From Eledone cirrhosa (lineage: Eukaryota): a stretch of DNA of 64,000 bases. A model generated the notes under the pieces. It was not told where the DNA came from and searched no databases. It saw only the letters and a program-made list of their open reading frames with translations. The stretch spans positions 120,094,001-120,158,000 of the forward strand of contig OZ024745.1 of the NCBI GenBank assembly GCA_964016885.1, read 5' to 3'. Made by a program: the position numbers and the translations under genes. Shown here in pieces: positions 40,982-54,900 of the stretch; position 1 is the stretch's first letter; each line of letters opens with the position of its first letter.

Positions 40982-40984
<3 letters not shown>
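40373..40984 (+). mobile_element. Non-autonomous bipartite RTE derivative (5' UTR + 3' end)
   Basis: 5' part shared with 18055-18402. Ends GGCCGTACTCGAAAACGAGTTGGCAGCCA, like the RTE 3' end at 44756-44795, 11713-11751 and 31911-31953. Confidence 0.6.
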
Positions 40985-41043
<59 letters not shown>

Positions 41044-41314
41044 GAATAATCGAGTATCGAAAAATCGGCGCACGAGTTCACGATAAACAAAATTCGAGAT
41101 GAGCGGCATATATATAGAATATGTTGAAAAGGTAACACACCAGAGAGAGAGATATATAGTGCGTTATCAATAATACAGGGAAAAAAACCACCAGTGTATG
41201 GAATCTATAACCTATGAAAGGCAGGGAATAGCGAGGGCCTATGCCTCCGTTAATTTATCGTGATATATATATATATATAAACATATATATATACATATAT
41301 ACATATATATATAT

Positions 41315-41391
<77 letters not shown>

Positions 41392-41738
41392 AAATTAAGA
41401 TAAATCAAATGAATTTAATCCAAATCAAAGTTATGGGTGTCATGCCAGAAAGACATGCGCCATATCACCTGCAAAATAAGCTCTAAGATTCTAACGAGTA
41501 GGTCCGAGCATTTTATAATAACTAGAAATTGATTAACATATAAATAAACATGAATAATCACAGGAGATAATTTTTAAAAGTGTGTAAGCACACATAGCTA
41601 GGTAGGTAACTAAATAAAGTTGACCAGAACTTCAAAAATAGATACCTTATAATAAATGCAACCATTACTGTTGGAAGCAGTAATGGTTGTATTTTTTAAG
41701 GGTATGTCCATATTTATTTATAAAACTGATCTATATTA

Positions 41739-41803
41739 TATTTTGTCTGATGAAAGCACACCATAATTTAACTTGGTGTCCTTGAAATATGTATAGTGAA
41801 ATA
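41739..41803 (+). ncRNA. Type I hammerhead ribozyme (family B)
   Basis: TATTTTGT-CTGATGA-AAGCACACCA-loop-TGGTGTCCTT-GAAA-T-ATGT-A-TA^GTGAAATA. Confidence 0.65.
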
Positions 41804-41893
41804 AATATGGTTTTATAAATATAGTTTCCATTTCTTAATATCGTATATATATATATATCGTATATATATATATATCGTATATATATATATATC

Positions 41894-41927
<34 letters not shown>

Positions 41928-42110
41928 TATATATATCGTATATATCGTATATATCGTATATATATCGTATATATATCGTATATATTTATATATCGTATAT
42001 ATATATATATCGTATATATATATATATCGTATATATATATATATCGTATATATATCGTATATATATATATATCGTATATATCGTATATATATCGTATATA
42101 TATATATATC

Positions 42111-42169
<59 letters not shown>

Positions 42170-42171
<2 letters not shown>

Positions 42172-42322
42172 GATTGGCAGTATCGGTAGAGGGGCGTCCT
42201 TTACGGTCTGAGTTCAAATCCCGCCGAGGTTGACTTCGCCTTTCATCCTTACGGGGTGGATAAAATAAAGTACCAGTAATGCACTGGGTAATTGCTGGCC
42301 TTGTGCCTAAAGTAGAAACAAT
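42170..42322 (+). mobile_element. SINE, main family
   Basis: Head, B box, core and tail. Confidence 0.85.
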
Positions 42323-42526
42323 TATATACACACACTCACGCACGCAAACGCTCAAGCGCACACACACTCACGCACGCACGTGTGCACGTACACACACATG
42401 TTAATAGATTTAACTCTTACTGGAACTCTGCACGAACACACACACACACGCACACACACACACGCACACGTGTTAATTAGTTATAGCTTTCCTTCCACTC
42501 TTCCACTCTCATGTATCAAACACAGC

Positions 42527-42602
<76 letters not shown>

Positions 42603-43316
42603 CCTGCTATCCTCCTCTTTTAGTCTGTCTGTTTCTTTCACTCTCACTCTTTCTTTTTCATCTTTATAGATATAGAGATTTTTTCTGTGCAAAGTCGTAC
42701 CTATAGTCAGTTTTATCAGTGTTTTACCTGGACAAAGGGGGAGTCTATCATTTCCAATGTCGTGCCGCCCTGACCTGATAAATCTGTGCTTGATTACAAA
42801 AGAACTTTGAAAATCAGCCTTGCGGATCAAAAGATGCTGCAGAACAGAGACACACACAGACAGACAGACAGACAGACATTTTCATTTTTATAGCTATAGA
42901 TATATGGACTGTAGATATATTTACATATAGGGAAGTGAATATGTGAGCCAGCATCTCCCCCCACACTTCCTCTCAAAAAACAAAATCAACAACACATCTT
43001 TGACAAATGTTCCCAAACTATCCTTCTTTTCTCTTTTTCCTGTCATCCCATTCTTATCAAAAGACATTTTTCTTACACCTCATTAAAACCCAGACAAGCT
43101 CCTAAATTCATCTTTGATATAGAAATTTGTTGAAAATATTCTTTATGGATTTGGAAGAGTTGATTCAGCTATGCCATTATATACTCATCAAAGGTCAGCT
43201 AATGAAATAAAACCAGCAGGAGAGTATGTTTACAACCAGCTTCTCAAACACCCTTATCTTGCAACCTCACCATTTTCTGAGTGTATATATATATATGTGT
43301 GTGTATGTGTGCGTGT

Positions 43317-43359
<43 letters not shown>

Positions 43360-43962
43360 CTTTAATTCCTCCGGACCTTCATCATCATCAACACTCATTA
43401 ACACCACACGCCACACCCCAGACACATCCAAATCTCTCTTATATATAGTCACACATTTCAACACAACCTGATCTCAGTTTGACAATCGCCACAGACAGAT
43501 GAAAGCGGGATCGGAACATCGGCGACCTGTCTGAGGAAGTAGCCCCGCGTGGTTGGGTGGCTGTTGCAGCGGGTAACACTGCCCATCATCGGGGAATGCT
43601 TTGCCGTCTTGTCCGCGGGGGCGCAACACTCTTGTCCCCTTGCCCTAGATCCAAAGCCCAATAACCCTCCCCCTCCCCTCTCTGTGGCACCAGAGCTCTT
43701 GCTATCCCTCCCTTCCCTGTTCTTTTTCTTCTTTCTTTCCTTTTTTAATTTTTTCTTACTAAATAAGGTTTGTTTATTCACAGAATAAGGTGAGGTTTGG
43801 AGCCAATTAAAGTATTTTAACACCGACTAGATCAAAGATAAGAACGTAATGCTGAAGCTGTGGACACCATACAAAGATATTATAATTAATTTTCAATGAA
43901 TATAATAAATGAAACATGCTCATTGTCAGAATTGAACCGATAAAAGGGTTTTTATAAGCTAA

Positions 43963-44355
43963 GGGCGATGGGTTGGCAGTATCAGAGCATCGGACACCAT
44001 GCTTTGCAGCATAAAGTTACGCCCCATTACGTTCTGAGTTTAAATCCCGCCGTTGTTAACTTCGCATTTCATCCTTACGGGGTCGATAAAATAAAGTACC
44101 AGTAATGTACTGGTTAATTGCTGGCCTTGTGCCAAAAGTAGAAACAATCATTATGATTACTAGGGCGGTCGATTGGCAGTATCGGTAGAGTATCTGACGC
44201 CATGCTTTGCTACAAAGAGTTACGACCCTTTATGGTCTGAGTTCAAATCCCGCCGAGGTTAACTTTGCTTTTCATCGTTACGGGGTCAATAAAATAAGGT
44301 ATCAGTAATGTACTGGGTAATTGCTGACCTTGTGCCAAAAGCAGATACAATTATT
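43963..44355 (+). mobile_element. Two tandem SINEs, main family
   Basis: Copies 43963-44150 and 44163-44355. Confidence 0.9.
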
Positions 44356-44408
44356 ATGATTATTTGCTTTGGGACAGCTACATTTCAAGTTTCACACACA
44401 CACACACG

Positions 44409-44515
<107 letters not shown>

Positions 44516-44755
44516 CTGTGTGTGTCTGTGTATGTATATATATATATATATATATATGTGTGTATGTTTGCGTGTGTGTGTATTGTATGTGTGTATGGAT
44601 ATATATACGTATATATATCCATATATGATATATATATATACACATACGTACACATATATATATATATATATACATACATACATGCATACATACATACATA
44701 CATACATACATACATACATACATACATACATACATACATACATACATACATACAT

Positions 44756-46350
44756 GATGGCTGCCCCCTCGTTATCGAGTATGGCCATTGCACGAGAAGA
44801 AAAAATAAAAAATAAAAAAAAATAAAAAAAAATAAAATAATAATAATAATAATAATAAATAAATAAATAAAGAAAGAAAGAAATATATATATATATATAT
44901 ACATACATACATATATACATACACACATACATACACATACACACACACATATACACACACACACACATACATTAATAACAATAATAATAATAATAATAGC
45001 AATAATAATAATAACGACAACAACAATAATAATATACATATTCATATATATATATACACACACACGCACGCACATAAGCATATCTACACACACACACACG
45101 ATAACAACTAACAGTGCTGCGATCGAATGTGGCTTTTTTACCCAGCCAATGATCTACAATGTCTTGCACAGAGTCGGCAACCAAAACATTCACTGGGAAT
45201 AGTCGGCTGTGGTTGGAGTTCGTGTACTTTTGCATGTCGCTTGAGCCCTCCTGCTGATTTACATTCTCTACCACATGTTTGGCAAGCATGATGAGTAGCA
45301 TCTCCAACAGCAGCCTGGTAGTCAACCACTGGTCTTACTTTATGACTGCGAAGATGACTTTCGAGTCCAGCTTTGCTTAGGCAGAGTCTCGCACAGACGC
45401 TGCATGTCAGCACCATAGGAGGACCCTCGCCGTCTGGAAGTGCAACAGCAATGCCCTTCCTCACATCCCGCTTTACTTTCTCGTGTGCGATTCGAGATGC
45501 CTCAAAGGCAACTTTTCCCTCATATACAGTCTTTCTCCATTTATTACGATCAGCAGCAATATTTTCCCATGTATCAGCAGAGATGTTAGCGTCTTTCAGA
45601 GAGGCTTTCAAGGAATCCTTATACCTCTTTTTTGGTTTATGTGGCGGTCGTTTTCCTTTAACCAACTCTCCATAGAAGAGTTGTTTTGGTATTCTAGAAT
45701 CCTTCATCCTGGCAAGGTGACCACTCCAACGGAGTCGTTGCTTAAGCACAAGAGCTTCTATACTGTCACACATAGAGCTTTCCAAAATCTCGACATCACT
45801 GATGTGGTCCCTCCAGTGAACGCCATGGATCCGTCTGAGACACATCTGATGGAAACACCCCAATTGCTTAAGGTGGTGTCGATATGTGACCCAGGTCTCG
45901 CAGGCATAAAGAAGACAAGAGAGTACACATGCCCTGTACACCTTTAGCTTTGTCCTCCTGCATATGTCTCGCCGACCCCAGAGTCGCCTTTCTAGCTTTC
46001 CGAAAGCATCACTTGCTTTCCTAATCCTAAGTGAGATTTCACCGTCAAGGTTGCTGTATCGATTGACAGTGCTTCCCAGGTAGACAAACTGATCAACCAC
46101 TCCAAGTCGTTTGCCATACACATAGATGTTTGGTTCAGTGTACTGCTTACTAGGGGCAGGTTGGTACATGACGACGGTTTTCTTGAGACTGACAGTCAAA
46201 CCCAGGGCAGTGCAAGCGTCAGAAAATGCATTCAAAATGTGCTGCATATCACTCTCTGTGTGCGCTACAAGATCGCAATCATCTGCATATAAGAGGTCTC
46301 TTATGATTGATGTAAATACTTTTGTCTTCGCAGCAAAGCGCCTGATGTTA
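44756..46350 (-). mobile_element. 5'-truncated RTE (BovB-like) LINE: RT C-terminal half + three C2H2 fingers
   Basis: LLYADD, GL.VSLKKT.VM, F.YLGS, LLYACETW, LRWSGH..RM...RIPKQL.YGEL, DR..WR. Open for about 400 aa. 3' end at 44756-44795 separated by microsatellites. (TACA)n on both flanks. Confidence 0.95.
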
Positions 46351-47089
46351 ACATACATACATACATACATACGTACATACATACATACATACATACATAC
46401 ATACATACATACATACATACATACATACATACATACATACATTCATACATACATGTACGTATATACAGCGATATAAATATACACGTACGCATATCAGTTT
46501 ATTAAATGTATATATTACTCGCTAGTATATTATATTTTAAGAGCGTTTAACCGTTTGCATTTATTTACATATGCTTAGATATATGTAAGTAAATATTATG
46601 AACGATGCAATGTACAATAAAATTACTAACAAACAAAAAGACACTCAGACATAATAGTGTCTATACTTATCTGCACAACATGTTACATTATACCTATTAT
46701 CCATAACAGCCGGTGTAAGACCTGGCAGCGTAATAACATACATTTTATTTGCTGGTACATGTAACAATTGCTCAGTGAATATGGGGCAATTCTCTCGGAG
46801 AGGAAGGAGAATGATTGACAAAAGCTGTCGAATGATAAAAATACAATGAAATTCCCTCAATTGCGTATCTTTTCATAGACACATTGCCCGCACCCGTCGG
46901 GTGTCAATGGAGAAATCAATTTATGACGACACAAAAGAAATTTAGTGAATTGTAGATGAAAAATATAATTTAATGAATACAGGCTGCTCATGCAGGCTGC
47001 ATTTGTTTTTATTTATTTATTTGTTTATTTATTTATTTTCGTCTACAACGTGATGGTGCGACGCTAAAATCACCGGTGGTTATGTAACC

Positions 47090-48438
47090 ATACGTTCACC
47101 AATCCTCGATATGAGTGTTTAAATGTCGAACCTAAACAGTTCGCTTAACGGTGAGAAGGAGACTGGAACGTCATGTGAAAGACTCTCACCCAGCAAGTGC
47201 TCCCTGGCCCAGCAGCAGGGACCTGGCTGTCATCCAAATACTGCTGGTGTTGGAGGAAGAAGAAGAAGAAGGAAAGGGACAAGAACCAACTGGACGAAAG
47301 AATTGAATAGAACTGTCATGGAATGTTACCTGAAGAGTAACCCCATGGAAAAGGGCTATAGGAAACGGATACATAACATCTGGAACGTGATTGGTCTATT
47401 TAAATTAGATGAACAAAAATTGGCCGGGCAGGCGCAAGTAATAAGAACTGATCGATCGATAAGCGAGTTGGAACTGGCGGAACTGAGCAGAGAGATTAAG
47501 TTGGAAATGGAGAGTGGAGTATGTCAGGCAAACGAGCCAGTGGGAAATGAAGATGAAGGGGTTGAGAGACCCGAGGAAGCACCCGAAGCAGACAATGATC
47601 TGAATGCTGAAATAAATAACATCTGGATCAAAGATACGGCCATTGAGGAAATGAATGCTGACGGGCTAGAACAAGATTTTGTTGATATCCTGAACTTAGT
47701 GGTAGATGAAATGAACAATGATAGTGGAAAACCTATGAATCTAAGATTTGTAGACAGGAAAAAGTTGAAAGAAACAACAACTAAGGTAAACAAAGTCATC
47801 CCATACCTTGAGGCGAGGAACCTCCACCAATGCAACAATATCCTCAAAGCAACAGCAAATGCGGTGAGGAAATTACTTGGCATAAAAACGAGAGGAAACA
47901 ACAAACAAGAAAGATCAGAATCTTGGTGGAAGAAACGACTGAATGGTCAAATCAAGGAAGTGAGAAAAGACATTGGAAAGCTTGAGTCCTTACTGAATGG
48001 GACATTGCAAAACATAGACACTAAAGATAGATTGAAAATAAAATACAAAACTAGGGGAAATAGCTAAATATTATCATAGAGGAACTGAAGAAACGCATGG
48101 TAGCAAAAGGTGCAAAGATTAGGCGGAAAGAGAACAGAGTTAGTCAGTATAGACAGAACCGCATGTTTGACAACAACCACAAGATATTGTTTGAACAGTT
48201 TGAAGGGAAAGAAAGAGGCAACGACTTGATCCCTGAGGCGAAACAAACTAAGACATTCTGGAGAGGAATATGGGAGCAGGATGTTGAACATAATGGTCAG
48301 GCAGTGTGGATTGAGACAGTTCAAAAGGAGATTAGTGAAGAAGCACACCAACAAACTGGTTTGAGTATCACAGTTGAATGGGCAGGCCAAAAAACTAACC
48401 AACTGGAAATCACCAGGCCCAGATGGAGTGCAAGGATA
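47090..48438 (+). mobile_element. R4/Dong-like LINE N-terminal part, decayed
   Basis: WT.ELN..VMECY..S.P...GYRKR...IW, EQKLAGQ...IR, WWKKRL, YRQNRMF..N, FW.GIW, NWKSPGPDGVQGY. Confidence 0.85.
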
Positions 48439-48439
48439 T

Positions 48440-49385
48440 AACATACCTCCAAGAATAACAACAATAAAATCGAAAGATCAATTTATTGTAACCATAGACT
48501 CAAAGAGAAGTTTTCGCACTACAAGTGCAAATCGAACCCTTAACCTCTTACTACCAACTGAAAAACTGCATATACTTAGACTTTATACCCTCTTGTTGTA
48601 TCTAAACCCACAAAAACCAATACCTATATCCCTCCTTCTCCTTCATTCCTTTCTATTTCTTCGTTTTCTTCCTTCCTTCCCTCCCCTTTTTGGCTATCTT
48701 TTCTTTTCTTCTTTCTCCCCCCTTCTTTGCTTTTATTTTTGTCATTATTATCTTTATCTTTATATATATATATTTATCTCTTTATATCTCCCCCCCCCCT
48801 CTCTCTCTCTCTATCCATCCCTCCCACTATGATCAATTTAATTCTCTTTAACTCACCACATTCCACGACATGATGTCTGCTATCAAAACTGACCAAGGAA
48901 TCCTTCCACCTCTACCCCTCCCTCCATCTCAGTTTGTCACTCTACTTCCTAACTTTTCCCCCTTCCCCTCTCTCTCTCTCTATACTATTCCGTTTGTCCC
49001 CTCACCTTCTGATTCCTCTCTCTCTGTACTAGTAAATACAATTCCAAATAAATGTTTTTCTCTATATATTAAGAATTATTTCAAGAGTAACTTACTCACT
49101 ATTTTGAAAATTTGGACTGTGAACAACAATTATAATTGATTGGCTGCTATTCGCAGTATAGCAATATAAGGTTGCACTTACCAATGAAACGGTCGTAAAT
49201 ACCTGGATAAAATCCTTCTCTTAATGCTTACCTGTGTTTTCTTTTTTATGCTTTATACTCCAAGATTGAACGGAATTCTTACAAACTTGTGGAGTTACCC
49301 CTAACCGTACGTTGAAACCATCCATGAAACTGGCTTTCTTAACCACGAACTGGATCACAAAATGCAATTTTCTGCTTCCCTAACT
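48440..49385 (+). mobile_element. PLE 3' fragment with pLTR and tail
   Basis: C-terminal N.KIE....CNHRLK, similar to SRHRL at about 15765. HHR 3' half GAAA-CG-GT-CG-TA at about 49186-49197. Tail TACTCCAAG...CTTGTGGAGT (49256-49295). Confidence 0.5.
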
Positions 49386-49455
49386 ATATATATATAAATA
49401 TATATATATATATACTCTTTTACTTGTTCCAACCATTCGGCTACGGTAATGCTGG

Positions 49456-49488
<33 letters not shown>

Positions 49489-49495
49489 CACTCAT

Positions 49496-49544
<49 letters not shown>

Positions 49545-49576
49545 GGTGTGTGGGGGTGCGTGTGCGTGTGCATGCA

Positions 49577-49687
<111 letters not shown>

Positions 49688-51076
49688 CTTACACCACTAT
49701 AGATGTCGTGAGTAGATACTATTTAGTGTATAATCCTGTAACATCTGTTTCCTGTAGTTTACAAAGAAATTAATAAAATTGAAAATACCAAAATTGACTT
49801 TGTTAAAAAAATTCATAAGATTCGTTAATGTGGAAATGAAAAGGTAAAACATGTCTCTATATGATTTAATAAATATACATTACCTATCGCCTTATCCTTT
49901 CATGCTTTAAAATATTTTGTTTGTAATCGAGAATGTACTATCTTTGGGAAATCTTATTTTCATTTGCATATCCAAAGTATACTTCAAATGTATTTCATAA
50001 TACCACGCACCGAGTGATCTTTTTTGTTTTGCTTTTTTTTTGTTTGTTTGTTTGTTTGTTTGTTTGTTTCTTTGTTTTAATTTACAAGTGTTCTCATTGA
50101 CAAGCTGGAGATTTGGCAGAGCTGTTAGAATGTCGGATTAAAAAATCACTCGGTATTTGTTCTGGATCACTACGCAATCGTGAGGTTGTGAGTTCGATTC
50201 CTGGACCGGGTGGTGCGTTATGTCCTTGAGCAAGACACTTTATTTCACGTTGCTCCTTCTACCTGGAGTTGCGACCGGTAGATAGTATTAGCAATTGGCA
50301 AGACCAACGGAAACATTGATTCCTCGGTCCGATTTGACGAAAGTCGATCGACTCTCTCCTCTCTCACTACACTCTCAGTTCACATCTCCTTGGGGTCAAC
50401 TTTGTCTATGGTCCTTTTGAAGTCAATAAATAAATAACCAGTTCAGAATTAGGGTATACTTTTCCTCTATCCTTCTTGAACACTTTCTCTACGCCTCTCT
50501 CTCTTTCTCTCTCTCTCTCACACTCACTCTCTCTCTCTCTCTCACTCACTCTCTCTCTCTCTCTCTATCTATCTGTCTATCTATCAATATATCTCTATTT
50601 CTTTATCTCTCTCTCTCTCCTTTTTATCTGTCTGTCTCTCTTTTTTTCTCTGGAAGAAATCAGCTGTTCTCCATCATGAGAGAGATGAACACTGCCAGGT
50701 TTACAAATTCCAAGGTGTCAGGTAAGAAGCCATGATGGTGGCCCTACGACTCCATCGGCAGTAAAATACTATTTACTTTCATATACATAAATATTTGAAT
50801 ACATTACAAATATATCATTGGATAAGATCGATACTCCTTTTACGTTACTTAACATATTGCATACTCAAAATTGAAAACATTTCAAAACATTATTTTTTTC
50901 ATACAATGAATTCACACAGAAAACAGTCAAATACAATGTTTCCAGTTACGTATGGCTTCCTTTCGTTATATTATTTATTTCAAAACTAAATGACCACCTG
51001 TTTCATGGATAGATATATAGATATTTAAATAAAACGACAAAGAATAATTTTATATTTTCATATATTTTTATGTGTG

Positions 51077-51132
<56 letters not shown>

Positions 51133-51134
<2 letters not shown>

Positions 51135-51576
51135 CGGCGATGAATTAGTTTTGCGAGGTTTTTTATATGAAATCGTGTGTCGAAACAGATATTGTTATAC
51201 TTGGGGAGGGTCATATTTGCGTAATATTGCCAGAATTAATAAATGAATTAATAAATGAATTAATAAATGAATAAAAAATGGCGTAGGCATACAACACAAC
51301 AGGAGGAACAATGAATATAACACCACTGACGATGTTGCAGATGTGCAACGAAAGATTTATGTAAATTATGTAAACTATATATATATATATGTGTTTGTGT
51401 CTATATTGTATCTGTATTATTTTTGACCGCCGGTCACTCAATGGCAACATTGAGGACCGAGTAAGTTAGATCGCAGATATAATAAAAGACAGCGAGAAGC
51501 GAAAACCAACCAAACAGTGAGTGTGTTCTGTTATTAATTCTGGCAATATTACGCAAATATGACCCTCCCCAAGTAT

Positions 51577-51583
<7 letters not shown>
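51133..51583. mobile_element. Family J inverted element
   Basis: Arms 51190-51242 / 51530-51583. Reiterated GAATTAATAAAT at the junction. (TA)n flanks. Confidence 0.8.
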
Positions 51584-51621
<38 letters not shown>

Positions 51622-51703
51622 GCGTGTGTGTGTGTGTGTGTGTATACATATATACATAGACACACACACACACAGACAGATAGATAGATAGATAGAGAGA
51701 GAA

Positions 51704-51742
<39 letters not shown>

Positions 51743-51747
51743 AGAGG

Positions 51748-51784
<37 letters not shown>

Positions 51785-52061
51785 GTGGATACAAACGAAA
51801 CAAAAGAAGAATCAACATATGTGGGCGTTGAGTATTTCAATGAACAGTTTCACTCAACGCTGGACTACCAGCGGTTTCAAGCACCTTTCATAAAGTACCA
51901 CTATTAAGATCTATATATGTATTTTTAAGGATATTCGTACGCATTTGTTAATTTTTAACATATTTGAATGCCGTAAACTTTGTTATGTATGTTTTCCAAG
52001 ATGTAGCTTTTAGAGAAGGAAACTCTTGATGCATTTCTCAAACTCTGAAAAATTAGATAAT

Positions 52062-52270
52062 ATTGGTTTCTTATATAAGCACAAGGCCAGCAGTTTGGGG
52101 GGAGGGTAAAGTCGATTACATTGACACCAGTACATTAGTTTATCGACCCCGTAAGGATGAAAGGCAAAGTTAACCTCGGCGGGATTTGAGCTGAGAACAA
52201 AAAGGGCCGTAACTCTATGCTGCAAAGCATGTTGTCCGACGCCCTACCGATACTGCCAATCCGCTGCCCT
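52062..52270 (-). mobile_element. SINE, main family
   Basis: Full-length copy. Confidence 0.9.
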
Positions 52271-52379
52271 TAAAATTAGATAATATTAATCTCATATATA
52301 AACAGGTGACCACAGATATTTTGGTGCCGCTGAAGGACATGTATCAATGTTGATGTCGGCGAGACTTGAACTCATAACT

Positions 52380-54110
52380 CATTCCAGTTACCAGTGTCCC
52401 CTACCAGTCTTCGCTTAACTTAACAGTGCAGCTTTGTCGAATAGAGGAGATCGGGAAATACAAGTCTGATAAACGGCGTCTACTTACACTTGTTCAATCA
52501 AGGAAACGGTGGAGATATTGCAGCCTCAGCTCATGTCTGGACATCATCAGCCAGGGGATACCTAGTCCTATGTGCAGAGAGTATTGGCAGTCTGTAGATT
52601 GCATCGCTTCCAGAAAAATCGAAAGAGCAGTCGATCAGTCTGGTCAGATGTGACCAGGAGCAAGGTCAGGTGGTAATAGATTATGGAGCCAATTGTAAGC
52701 ACTTGTCCCTGCTACAAGAGATTTCAAGGATAGATTCCTCTCGGCACATATCTGGGTGAAACTGGCTGCCATGATTCTCATCTCATCCCAGCTCTTTTAA
52801 ATCTGGTGATCAGGGTCGAACCAACTTGGTCGGTCTGTGAAAGGACCGATGGAAATATGATCTCCTTGGTCCGATTTGACGAGCTACACCCCACTCGGTA
52901 AGCGAGTGAGATCTGGGATCTTGTCGATAGATTCGACCAATCGTCCATCCAACACCCACATCGCCGACGGAGGGCAGGATCCTGCCTCCTTAAGTTTTGA
53001 TCTGCAGGACAGCCGACATTTCCTGGCTGATTTTGTCTCATGTCACCGCCTCGTACTCTCTTAGAATGGTGCTGATCTCTTTCATGTACTTGGTGTTTGA
53101 CATTACTACGATGGCATCATCTACATACGCCGACAAACACCTTCCGTATCCTAGTTGTGTGTATTCTTTTGTATGTATTCAAAGTCAATACATACAAAAG
53201 AAATGAGAGGGATAGTCTTGAAACATCGAGCGCATGATACTGAACAGTTCCGATAGATGGTAATTTGTTCTGACCACTGAACAAATATCGCTGTAAAGTG
53301 TAGGGATCCATCCCTTGAAGTTTGGAATGAAATCGACTGACTAGAAGACAGACGATTCTATAAAAAGCTTTCGATTTATCTGAGTCGATGAATTTGTTAT
53401 CCAACTTCTCTATGATATATCGCACGAGGTGGGTGTTGCCATGGAGGGATCGGTGGTGCACGCCTGCCACTCCCCAATTAGGTCATTGTGGACAAGTAAC
53501 AACCTATTTGCTATCACTGAGGCAAAGAATTTTGAATTCGGCATCTACCAAATTTATGATCCGAAAATTATTGTCCTGATCGCCATTGTTCGGGTCCTTT
53601 CTCAGCAGCACCACCGCTACTCAGCTTACAGAAAGGGGGATTTTTCCGTTCTGTTGCAAGTGATCTGCTAAGAGAACACCGAAGATATCTGGAATATAAG
53701 CATAAAGGACGTAGGAAAGATCATCTAAGCCAGGTGCTCTGTTTGCTTTCCGTATTTCAGTAGATGTTATCGGTCTTTTCGCAACATTCCGCCTCACTCC
53801 TCTAGAATTGCAATAGTCCATCAAGATAGGCCCTGGCGCCGATCTTGCAATCCATCCTGCCACGCCTCACCCCTCAAACGATTGTGCAAAGTGCTGCTGA
53901 TAAGATGCACATAGAATTAGAGTGGCACGCGCAAATCATGGTCCGTCGAAGTCTGAATTGTGGTTTTGTTGTCACATTGCCCCTCTGCCCCTCGGGATCA
54001 GCAAACGCATTTTGTTTGGAGCACGCACCTTCGTTCTGGCAACGCATCCTTCGTGTTTAGCGTTAAAGAATGTGTCGAGGGCCAATTGCGCCGCAATGAT
54101 TTTGATGGTG
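52380..54110 (-). mobile_element. Tx1/L1-like LINE ORF2 remnant
   Basis: APGLDDL.Y..Y, LLRKD, NFR.I.L..AEFKIL, D.SKAF.RI, SAYVDD (about 53116-53127). Many lesions. Confidence 0.7.
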
Positions 54111-54189
54111 ATGTCTTTCTTAAAAGCTTCTTTTAAGTTTCTAACTAGTTCTCCTTTACACAGTCTTTTCAATAGCTTCTTACTTCCTT

Positions 54190-54900
54190 ACAAATGTTAT
54201 TGATTCTATTTGTTTCGCTACAAACATGAAGAGACGGTAGATCATGTTATCTCCGGGTGTCCAAAACTGACTATATCGAAACTGACTATCCGGGTGGCTA
54301 AAACTGACTATATCGAAAGACATAACCGCATTGCCAAATATGTGCACTAGGTGCTCTGCCGCTCTCTTGACATCCAAACTTCTAACAAATGGTATGAACA
54401 TCGACCAAAAAGAGTCATGGAAAAGGGCAACATATCCATCTTGAGAGATATGCCTGTGATAACTGACCGAAAAATCGCTTCCAACAGACCAGATATAATA
54501 AAAAAACAAAACAGATCGGACATGTAGTCTTATAGATATTTCCGTACAAGAATACATCTGTAAAAACAATGGAAAAACTGTCAAAATACAAAGACCTGGA
54601 TATAGAGAGCAACCGCATATGTAGGATGACTACAAATATTATCCCTGTGGTAACAGGAGCATTAGGATTAATGACCAAATCCTCAGACCTGCACCTTAGC
54701 GTCCTTCCCTGCAAGATCAGCGAATATGAGCTACAGAAGCTCGGGCTACGAGAAGCGGCACACATTCTCATGCGAGTTCTTTCTCTACAATGAAAACATC
54801 TATTGTCCTAGGTACAATGCCTGAACCCGGCAATAGAGAAAGAGAACTGACCTAAACGAAATACCTCAACAGCAATAATAAAAATAATAATGATAAATGA
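54190..54900 (+). mobile_element. R4/Dong-like LINE 3' end (zinc knuckle + RLE)
   Basis: ETVDHVISGCP.L, RHN.IAKYVH, TDRKI.SNRPDI, LID.SV, EKLSKYKDL, IPVV.GALG. A decayed RT of the same type follows at about 54930-55320. Confidence 0.8.

Noticed and set aside
43195-43285. Hammerhead in family E (CTAATGA...AAACACCC.TA)
   Set aside because: Both core halves are defective in both copies and no stem I forms.
45138-46442. 434-aa host zinc-finger gene
   Set aside because: It is an RTE RT fragment, and its start Met comes from a (TATG)n repeat.
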